DNA from: Erysipelothrix larvae
GTDB lineage: Bacteria; Bacillota_I; Bacilli_A; Erysipelotrichales; Erysipelotrichaceae
DNA: 32,000 nt
Direction of reading: 5' to 3'
NCBI RefSeq assembly: GCF_001545095.1
Contig: NZ_CP013213.1
Location: 660,001-692,000 of the forward strand
Made by a program: the position numbers and the translations under genes. Below are positions 1 through 7,029 of this stretch, piece after piece (within the stretch, counting starts at the first letter, position 1; every line of letters begins with the position of its first letter). The notes beneath the pieces were generated by a model. That model was not told where the DNA came from and searched no databases. It saw only the letters and a program-made list of their open reading frames with translations.

Positions 1-545
1 TTCTTTCTGCTGCGCATTCTTCTCAATTCCCCGAAACTACAAAACCGGAAGTTGTAATGGTAGGGAAATCAAATGTTGGGAAATCATCCTTGATCAATGC
101 ACTGACTAACCGAAAACGTTTAGCTTATGTGGGTCAAAGACCTGGGAAAACACGACTCATTAATTTCTTTGATATTAATGAAGATTTATTGCTTGTGGAC
201 GTTCCAGGATATGGCTTTGCCAACCGTTCGAAACAAGAACAAATCGACTATGGAAAACTCATGGACTCCTACTATCAACTCAGACATCCAGCCTTAATGC
301 TTTTACTGGTAGATTGTAGACGAGGGATGGCAGATGAAGATTATTTAATGCTTGAGTTTGCCTTTCACCATGACATTGATACCGCAATTGTACTCACAAA
401 AACAGACAAATTATCACGTTCAAAAGTGGTTTCACTGCAACGCAACATCGAACGGGATACGGATCTTGAAGTGTTTTTATTCAGTGCAATTGGTCCCAAT
501 CAAGTTGATAAAATAACAAACCGAATCCAAAAGGTCTGTCGCTGA
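1..545 (+). CDS. engB: Ribosome-biogenesis GTPase EngB/YsxC (YihA family), 5'-truncated by the window edge
   Basis: The reading frame is open from nt 3. It has the G1 P-loop GKSNVGKSS, G3 DVPGYG and G4 TKTDK. The Met at 57 in the ORF track lies only 2 aa before the P-loop, so the real start is upstream of the window. Confidence 0.9.
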   Translation, partial: LSAAHSSQFPETTKPEVVMVGKSNVGKSSLINALTNRKRLAYVGQRPGKTRLINFFDINEDLLLVDVPGYGFANRSKQEQIDYGKLMDSYYQLRHPALMLLLVDCRRGMADEDYLMLEFAFHHDIDTAIVLTKTDKLSRSKVVSLQRNIERDTDLEVFLFSAIGPNQVDKITNRIQKVCR

Positions 546-558
546 CAGCCCTTTTTTA
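533..558 (+). terminator. Intrinsic terminator of engB
   Basis: Hairpin GG(T)CTGTC-gct-GACAGCC spans the engB stop codon and is followed by CTTTTTT. Confidence 0.6.
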
Positions 559-587
559 TTGCTGAAACATCTGTTTATCACTGAGTA

Positions 588-616
588 TTGAAGAGTCCAT
601 CCAAATGTGGTATTAT
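588..616 (+). promoter_or_regulatory. Sigma-A type promoter of the T-box(Val) leader
   Basis: TTGAAG (588-593), a 17-nt spacer, then extended -10 TGgTATTAT (608-616). Confidence 0.6.
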
Positions 617-622
617 AACTTC

Positions 623-851
623 AACGTCGATGAACAAGAGGTTTCGTAACAAACCATAGACAAAGCGAGCTGGCACAGGTGAAAGACAGCCTATGTGAGG
701 GTATGAAATGTAGCTTGGGAGACGATATACAGAAAAAACGAAACATACAAGTATGTATATCCGTAATCTTGCGTTAAAAGAACGAAAGGCATCACAGGAT
801 GCAAATTAAGGTGGTACCGCGATAACATCGTCCTTTGGAGGGTGTTTTTTT
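623..851 (+). promoter_or_regulatory. T-box riboswitch leader (probable Val specifier) controlling GNAT-valS
   Basis: The Stem I base has a K-turn (CGTC-GATGAA-CAAG at 625-638 pairing with CTTG-GGA-GACG at 714-724). The distal loop is CAGGTGAAAGACAG. The conserved T-box sequence AAATTAAGGTGGTACCGCG is at 803-821. The terminator is AACATCGTCC-ttt-GGAGGGTGTT plus a T7 run (824-851). The candidate specifier is GUA at 710-712, followed by a purine immediately 5' of the basal helix. Confidence 0.85.
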
Positions 852-873
852 ATGTTTAAAAAGGAGACTTAGT

Positions 874-1416
874 ATGAAACATTGGATTGAAACTGAACGT
901 ATAATCCTAAGACCAATTACCCTTGAGGATGCGCGTGATATGTTTGAGTATGCACACGATCACGAAGTGTGTCGCTATGTAACCTGGGATGCGCATCAAT
1001 CGGTGGAACAAACTCAAGCCATTATTCGTGATTTCTTTTTACCAAAAGAATCCAATGAAGCATGGATTCCCACTTTTGCGGTAGTCCTTAAAGACACCCA
1101 TAAAATGATTGGAACCTGTGATACTGTGGCACCAATAACGATCGATGGTAACGTAGAAATTGGCTATTCGCTAAACAGAACATATTGGAATCATGGCTAT
1201 GCGACGGAAAGCTGTAAAGCTTTATGTGCCTATCTCTTTAATGAAGAGGGTGTCCGTCGCATCAAAATACGACACCATGTAGATAACATTGGGTCACGAC
1301 GTGTTATTGAGAAATGTGGGTTTATTAAAGAAGGCGTCGAAAGACAACTGGTGAAATTTGAAGATGGCTATGCTGATATTGCCATTTACAGCATGTTTAA
1401 GGAGGAATTAAAATGA
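874..1416 (+). CDS. GNAT family N-acetyltransferase, RimJ/RimL-like (Acetyltransf_3 type)
   Basis: N-terminal TERIILRP motif and an acetyl-CoA region RRIKIRHHVDNIGSRRVIEKCGF. The RBS AAGGAG lies 7 nt before ATG 874. The ORF-track start at 835 lies inside the T-box terminator and is rejected. The stop overlaps the valS start (ATGA at 1413-1416). Confidence 0.8.
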   Translation: MKHWIETERIILRPITLEDARDMFEYAHDHEVCRYVTWDAHQSVEQTQAIIRDFFLPKESNEAWIPTFAVVLKDTHKMIGTCDTVAPITIDGNVEIGYSLNRTYWNHGYATESCKALCAYLFNEEGVRRIKIRHHVDNIGSRRVIEKCGFIKEGVERQLVKFEDGYADIAIYSMFKEELK

Positions 1417-4004
1417 GCGACTTATCAAAAAAATATGAACATAAACAAGTAGAAGAAGGGAAGTATCAAACCTGGGTTGAAAAGGGATATTTCACTGCAG
1501 GTGATTCATCAAAAAAACCATATTCATTAGTAATACCACCTCCAAATGTAACGGGTAAATTACACTTAGGGCATGCGTGGGATACAACCCTACAAGACAT
1601 CATCATGCGTTATCAACGCTTGTTAGGTAAAGATGTCTTGTATCTTCCAGGTATGGATCATGCAGGCATCGCAACGCAAGCAAAGGTTGAAGAAAAACTT
1701 CGCGGCCAAGGCATTTCACGCTATGACTTAGGTCGTGAAAAATTCTTAGAAGTATCCTGGGATTGGAAAGAAGAGTATGCAAGTCATATTCGTGAACAAT
1801 GGGCGAAAATGGGGCTCTCTTTAGACTACACACGTGAACGTTTCACACTTGACGATGGGCTAAGTGAAGCTGTTAAGAAAGTGTTTGTTGATTTATACAA
1901 TGACGGGTTAATATTTCAAGGATACCGAATCATTAACTGGGATGTAGAAGCACAAACCGCCCTTTCCAATATTGAGGTTATCCATAAAGAAGTCGAAGGC
2001 GCCTTTTACACCTTTACCTATGAAGTTGTGGAAACGGGTGAAAAATTAAGCGTTGCAACAACACGTCCTGAAACCATGTTTGGAGATGTTTGCATTGTAG
2101 TTCACCCTGATGATCCACGCTATACACACCTTGTAGGCAAACATGCAATCAATCCAGCCAACGGTGAAGCACTCCCAATCATTACCGATGAATATATTGA
2201 CATTGAATTTGGAACAGGGGTCATGAAATGTACGCCTGCACACGATCCAAATGACTTTGAAATTGGGAAGAAATATGGGCTTGAGATGCCAATTTGTATG
2301 AATCCTGATGGATCGATGAATGAACTTGCAGGAAAATATGAAGGCATGAAACGCTTTGATTGCCGAAAAGAATTAGTGAAAGACATTGAATCAGCGGGGA
2401 ATTTAGTTTCCGTTGAAAAACACATTCACCAAGTAGGACACTCTGAACGTACGGATGTGATTGTTGAACCATACCTTTCAAAACAATGGTTTGTAAAAAT
2501 GAAACCATTGGCTGAGGAAGTTTTAAAATTCCAAGATACAGAAGAAGGAATTCATTTTTATCCTGAACGGTTTAACCACACCTTCAACCAATGGCTCGAA
2601 GGCATTGAAGACTGGTGCATTTCACGCCAATTATGGTGGGGACACCGTATACCAGCATGGTTCCATAATGAAACTGAGGAAATCTATGTCGGCTTAGAAG
2701 CACCTGAAGATATCGAAAACTGGCATCAAGATGAAGATGTATTGGATACATGGTTCTCATCAGCCCTTTGGCCATTTTCAACCTTAGGGTGGCCTGAAGA
2801 AACCTCTGATCTTGCCCGTTATTATCCAACGGATGTTTTGGTAACTGGTTATGACATTATTTTCTTCTGGGTAGCTCGTATGGCATTTCAAGCACGCTAT
2901 TTTACCCAATCACGTCCGTTTAAGGATGTGCTTATGCATGGACTGATTCGTGATGAACATGGGCGTAAAATGAGTAAATCATTAGGCAATGGGGTTGATC
3001 CAATGGATGTAATCGAACAGTATGGCGTCGATTCACTGCGCTATTTCCTTACAACCAATTCAACACCTGGACAAGATGCACGTTATATGCCAGAAAAAGT
3101 TGAAAGTTCATGGAACTTCATCAATAAGATTTGGAATGCGGCACGCTTTGTGATGATGCACCTTGATGGAAAACACTATGATATCAATGCGTCACTGCTT
3201 TCTGAAGTAGACCGTTTTATCATTAACCAATTCAACACTACACTAAAAGAAGTGCGCATGAATATGGATAAATATGAGTTTGCACTTGCAGGCAATGCCA
3301 TGACTCGATTTGTATGGGATGATTTCTGCAGTTGGTATATTGAGCTTTCAAAAAGTGGGCTTCAAAGCAGTGATGAATCCGTGGTATATGCAACAAAAGC
3401 AACCCTAGAAACCATGCTTCATCATATTGTGGTAATGCTTCAACCGTTTATGCCTTTTGTTACCGAAGAACTTTACCTTGCTCTTCCACACCATTTGGAA
3501 AGTATCAATCTTGAAACATGGCCGCAAGCAATTGACATCAGTGATGACGGATTGGATGCCGTAGCGATGATGATTGAATCGATTAAAGCGGTTCGTGAAG
3601 CACGCGTAAATTATGATGTGAAACCGTCGAAACCATTGGATGCAATGATTCTTGATTCAAACAACACCCCTTATCCTCTCAGTGAAACCTTATGTGTGAT
3701 GACTCAGAATATGGCAAAAGTGAGCCTATCCACCATAACACAAGATAAACTGGTGCTCCCGATTAAGGGTGGCGCAGTTGTCTTAGATAAATCACAATTA
3801 GTGGATGTAGAAGCGCTTAAAGAGAAATTAAATACAGAAGTGGTGCGTTTAGAAAATGAATTGAAACGTTCAGAGTCTATGTTATCAAATGAAAACTTCA
3901 CCAAACGGGCACCACAAGCCAAGGTTGACCAAGAAGTTGCGAAACGGGATGAATACAAACGTCAGCTTGAACTTGTCTTAGCACAACTCAACGAACTGGT
4001 ATAG
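1413..4004 (+). CDS. valS: Valine--tRNA ligase
   Basis: 863 aa with the HIGH motif (KLHLGHAW), the KMSKS motif (RKMSKSLGN), a class Ia editing-domain layout and a C-terminal coiled coil. Confidence 0.97.
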   Translation: MSDLSKKYEHKQVEEGKYQTWVEKGYFTAGDSSKKPYSLVIPPPNVTGKLHLGHAWDTTLQDIIMRYQRLLGKDVLYLPGMDHAGIATQAKVEEKLRGQGISRYDLGREKFLEVSWDWKEEYASHIREQWAKMGLSLDYTRERFTLDDGLSEAVKKVFVDLYNDGLIFQGYRIINWDVEAQTALSNIEVIHKEVEGAFYTFTYEVVETGEKLSVATTRPETMFGDVCIVVHPDDPRYTHLVGKHAINPANGEALPIITDEYIDIEFGTGVMKCTPAHDPNDFEIGKKYGLEMPICMNPDGSMNELAGKYEGMKRFDCRKELVKDIESAGNLVSVEKHIHQVGHSERTDVIVEPYLSKQWFVKMKPLAEEVLKFQDTEEGIHFYPERFNHTFNQWLEGIEDWCISRQLWWGHRIPAWFHNETEEIYVGLEAPEDIENWHQDEDVLDTWFSSALWPFSTLGWPEETSDLARYYPTDVLVTGYDIIFFWVARMAFQARYFTQSRPFKDVLMHGLIRDEHGRKMSKSLGNGVDPMDVIEQYGVDSLRYFLTTNSTPGQDARYMPEKVESSWNFINKIWNAARFVMMHLDGKHYDINASLLSEVDRFIINQFNTTLKEVRMNMDKYEFALAGNAMTRFVWDDFCSWYIELSKSGLQSSDESVVYATKATLETMLHHIVVMLQPFMPFVTEELYLALPHHLESINLETWPQAIDISDDGLDAVAMMIESIKAVREARVNYDVKPSKPLDAMILDSNNTPYPLSETLCVMTQNMAKVSLSTITQDKLVLPIKGGAVVLDKSQLVDVEALKEKLNTEVVRLENELKRSESMLSNENFTKRAPQAKVDQEVAKRDEYKRQLELVLAQLNELV

Positions 4005-4091
4005 TCAAACTAGTTTTTATTGTGTTGGATACCCTTCAGGATGCATTGATGAAAAAAGTGACATAGTGCATCATTAATATCTAGTAGAGAT

Positions 4092-4130
4092 GGTCATAGA
4101 TCCTTAACGTTAAGGGTTTATGACCTTTTG
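4092..4130 (+). terminator. Intrinsic terminator of valS
   Basis: GGTCATAGATCCTTAAC / GTTAAGGGTTTATGACC forms a 17-bp stem (two G-U pairs), followed by TTTTGTG. Confidence 0.8.
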
Positions 4131-4345
4131 TGAACTCATTCAATCATTCAACTTAAAACGGATGAATAATAAGGAACGTGTGAATCAAACGACACGTGGT
4201 AAAAAGGTGTTTGATATCAATGCATCCTTATCACTATTATTGATGTGTGTGTTTTGTACGCTTTAGTCATGTGATGGCATCGAAGTATACGAAGGGGTTG
4301 TTTTCGCTCATTTACAAAATGGATGTCAAGAAAACCAATGACAAG

Positions 4346-4354
4346 TGGTATAAT
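4346..4354 (+). promoter_or_regulatory. Extended -10 promoter element upstream of the C-S lyase operon
   Basis: TGgTATAAT lies about 70 nt upstream of ATG 4423. There is only a weak -35 (GTCAAG/TGTCAA around 4324-4330). Confidence 0.45.
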
Positions 4355-4422
4355 GGACACAAGGTTTCAAAACCTTTTTAAAATCAATGCGTGATGAGTG
4401 ATACGAAACTGGAGGTGTGTGT

Positions 4423-5595
4423 ATGTATGATTTTAAAACAGTAGTTCGACGTGATGCGCAAGGATCATCAAAATGGAAGTTGATGACACAACACAACAAT
4501 CATTTGGATCCATCAATTGTCCCATTATCTGTTGCGGATACCGATATGGTAATGGCACCAGAAATAGTGCAAGGACTTAAAGACTATCTAGAAGTGATGG
4601 TGTTGGGGTATACGGGGTTAACACAATCTTACTATGATGCAGTCATTGGATGGTTTAAAAAACGTCATAATTGGGATGTTGAAGCATCGTGGATTGTAGA
4701 GTCGCCTGGTGTTGTGAATGCACTCTTTAATCTCGTTGCTGCCTTTACAAAAGTGAATGAGGGAGTCATTATCATGCCCCCAGTTTATTATCCATTTCGA
4801 TCAAGTATTGAAAAACAAGACCGTGTGGTCGTTGAAAATGAATTGATTTATAAAGATCATGGGTATTCCATTAATTTTGAGGACTTGCTTGAAAAAGCTC
4901 AAGACCCAAACAATACCTTATTGATTCTGTGTTCCCCACATAATCCAGTTGGTCGTGTATGGACAAAAGAGGAACTCACGAAAATTGCGGAAATATGTTA
5001 TGACAATAACGTCTTAGTCATCTCAGATGAAATCCATTTTGATTTAATTTTACCTGGGTTTAAACATACTGTGTTTTCTCAAGTAAGCGATAAAGCATAT
5101 AAAAACAGCATTATCGCAACTGCACCAAGTAAGACCTTTAATCTTGCTGGACTTCAAACATCAAATTTGGTGATTGCAAATCCAGAATTAAAAGCAACAT
5201 TTAAACAGTATATGGATAAAACACCGTTTCATGCGTTAAATGCAATTGGACCAAAAGCATGTGAAATTGCCTATACGCAATGTGATGCATGGCTTGAAGA
5301 ATTTCTTGCATTAATCGAAACAAACAGACGTATGTTTAAAGAATTTATTGAATCAAAAATCCCAGCCATTAAAGTCATTGAACTCCAAGGCACTTATCTG
5401 CAGTGGTTTGATTGCACAGAGTTGGGTTATGATGATGAAACCCTGAATAAAATACTAATAGACACATGTGATCTTTATCTTGATGCTGGAAATCTTTTTG
5501 GAGCATCTGGAAAACAATTCCAACGGATCAACATCGCATGTCCAACACACGTACTACAGGATGCATTAATAAGACTTGAAGAAGGAATTAGATAA
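4423..5595 (+). CDS. patB: PLP-dependent aminotransferase class I/II, MalY/PatB-type cystathionine beta-lyase (C-S lyase)
   Basis: The N-terminus MYDFKTVVRRDAQGSSKW is typical of PatB/MalY. The PLP-lysine motif is SKTFNLAG. The RBS GGAGG (4411-4415) lies 7 nt before ATG 4423. The ORF-track GTG at 4417 sits too close to the SD. Confidence 0.85.
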   Translation: MYDFKTVVRRDAQGSSKWKLMTQHNNHLDPSIVPLSVADTDMVMAPEIVQGLKDYLEVMVLGYTGLTQSYYDAVIGWFKKRHNWDVEASWIVESPGVVNALFNLVAAFTKVNEGVIIMPPVYYPFRSSIEKQDRVVVENELIYKDHGYSINFEDLLEKAQDPNNTLLILCSPHNPVGRVWTKEELTKIAEICYDNNVLVISDEIHFDLILPGFKHTVFSQVSDKAYKNSIIATAPSKTFNLAGLQTSNLVIANPELKATFKQYMDKTPFHALNAIGPKACEIAYTQCDAWLEEFLALIETNRRMFKEFIESKIPAIKVIELQGTYLQWFDCTELGYDDETLNKILIDTCDLYLDAGNLFGASGKQFQRINIACPTHVLQDALIRLEEGIR

Positions 5596-5600
5596 CGTAT

Positions 5601-6800
5601 ATGAATAAAGAGTTTGTACTAAATGGAGTTAATGAATTAGAAGATTACATGATAAAAACACGACGCTATTTGCATCAACATCCAGAAGTGTCGTCAAAGG
5701 AATATGAAACATCGGCTTTTTTAAAACGGGAAGTACGTAAGTTTGGGTTACCTGTTTATGATGTTGAAAACAGTACAGGATTTTATGCTGTCTTAGATAC
5801 CCAAAGACCCGGTAAAACAATTGGTCTGCGCACGGATATAGATGCCTTACCTGTTACAGAAAAAAAAGTAAATCTGAAGGGTGAACGCACCTGTCTTTCA
5901 CACGTAGAGGGCGTTATGCATGCCTGTGGTCATGATGGTCATATGGCCGTTGTACTTGCATCAATTCAGTTTCTTATCAAAATAAAAGATCAACTCAATG
6001 GGAAGGTTGTATTTATATTTGAGGAAGGTGAAGAGATTGGATCGGGGATTCATCAAATGGTTGCGGCACTGAAACCACTTAATATGGATGCCATCTATGG
6101 TACACACCTTGCAGCATTTATGGATACAGGGACCATCAGTATTGAAGAAGGACCACAAATGACCGGTGCCATCATGGTAGAGTTTGATTTAGTAGGGCGT
6201 GGCGGACATGGATCGCGTCCAGACCTTTCCATTAACCCCGTGTTTGCTATGGCAAATGTCTTAACGGGTCTTGCATCAGCATGGGTTAATCAAATTGATG
6301 TGAGTAAAACTGTAACGCTGGGGTTGACTCAATTTCAAGCTGGTACTGCATACAACGTGTTCCCAGATTGTGCATTTGTAGGGGGAAGTTTACGATATTT
6401 TGATTATGACGAAGGAAAAAAAGCATTAGAAATCTTTAAAAATGTCACAACCAAAATCGCAGAAGCACACCTATGTAAAGCCGTATTTAGAGAGTCCACT
6501 GCCATTGCTACCATTCCAGTCATTAATGATGAAGCACTCTCCAAAATTGCGCGTGATGGTGCAAGGGAACTGTATGGTGATAAAGTGATTCATGGTGCAC
6601 CATGGTATGCCTCCGAATCATTCTCACTGTATTCGAAACTATGCCCAACCACCTTTGCATTTGTGGGGTGTAAAAATGAAGATGTAGGCAGTGGTGCTGA
6701 CCATCATAATGAATATTTTGACATTGATGAAGCAAGTTTATCCTATAGTTTAGGATCAACTCTCATGTTTGCTATCAATCTATTAACAAAACAAGATTAA
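5601..6800 (+). CDS. M20/M20D family amidohydrolase (N-acyl-amino acid amidohydrolase / hippurate hydrolase-like)
   Basis: RRYLHQHPEVS and metal-binding HACGHDGH motifs, in a 399-aa protein. It starts 5 nt after the patB-like stop, so it is probably the same operon. Confidence 0.85.
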   Translation: MNKEFVLNGVNELEDYMIKTRRYLHQHPEVSSKEYETSAFLKREVRKFGLPVYDVENSTGFYAVLDTQRPGKTIGLRTDIDALPVTEKKVNLKGERTCLSHVEGVMHACGHDGHMAVVLASIQFLIKIKDQLNGKVVFIFEEGEEIGSGIHQMVAALKPLNMDAIYGTHLAAFMDTGTISIEEGPQMTGAIMVEFDLVGRGGHGSRPDLSINPVFAMANVLTGLASAWVNQIDVSKTVTLGLTQFQAGTAYNVFPDCAFVGGSLRYFDYDEGKKALEIFKNVTTKIAEAHLCKAVFRESTAIATIPVINDEALSKIARDGARELYGDKVIHGAPWYASESFSLYSKLCPTTFAFVGCKNEDVGSGADHHNEYFDIDEASLSYSLGSTLMFAINLLTKQD

Positions 6801-6822
6801 GCCAATTATTTGGCTTTTTTTA
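6799..6822 (+). terminator. Intrinsic terminator of the lyase/amidohydrolase operon
   Basis: GCCAA-ttat-TTGGC with flanking A/T extension, followed by a T7 run directly after the stop codon. Confidence 0.7.
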
Positions 6823-6973
6823 AAACTTCGCTTAAATCAAACGATATCCCAAATATTAAACAGAATTCTTCGAGAATTTCATATATTTTTAAAGGGAATG
6901 ATTCAACGATTTAGTCGCGAAACCTTTTGTGGGGTGATTTAAATAAATTTTAAGTCGGTTTCTTTTATAAAGG

Positions 6974-7002
6974 TGGTAATGAAAGCGCTTATATATTATA
7001 AT
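6974..7002 (+). promoter_or_regulatory. Putative ppdK promoter
   Basis: TATAAT at 6997-7002, with a weak -35 TGGTAA at 6974-6979 (17-nt spacer). It lies 28 nt upstream of ATG 7030. Confidence 0.45.
6980..6993 (+). promoter_or_regulatory. Candidate CcpA catabolite-responsive element (cre) in the ppdK promoter spacer
   Basis: TGAAAGCGCTTATA matches 13 of 14 positions of the cre consensus TGWAANCGNTNWCA. It occupies the -35/-10 spacer. Confidence 0.45.
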
Positions 7003-7029
7003 CTAGTTATGATAAAGGAGGCAGTTTTT

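Noticed and set aside
835-873. N-terminal extensions suggested by the ORF track (835 for the GNAT; also 6973 for ppdK, 4417 for patB, 23373 for HAD, 24188 for the PLC-like gene, 26888 for ileS, 29613 for trmH and 31716 for the deacetylase)
   Set aside because: In each case an internal ATG or GTG has a properly spaced SD and matches the family N-terminus. The extension overlaps a terminator, promoter or SD, or begins with a non-ATG codon.
1603-3958. Antisense ORFs of 60-100 aa inside valS. Similar ones lie inside patB/M20, ppdK, MFS, EIICB, rpiR, mgtA, the amidase, the PLC-like gene, hpf, ileS and the deacetylase.
   Set aside because: They are fully embedded opposite strongly supported conserved genes, have no SDs and show no recognisable motifs. 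I treat them as shadow ORFs.
4162-4266. 34-codon ORF (MNNKERVNQTTRGKKVFDINASLSLLLMCVFCTL) in the valS-patB spacer, considered as a small membrane peptide or type I toxin
   Set aside because: It has no SD at a usable distance and no identifiable promoter or antisense partner. The charged-N/hydrophobic-C layout is not the typical type I toxin pattern.
4130-4416. S-box (SAM) or T-box riboswitch upstream of the PatB-type C-S lyase
   Set aside because: I found no GGTGGTACCGCG T-box sequence and no S-box core. The best promoter leaves only a leader of about 60 nt.
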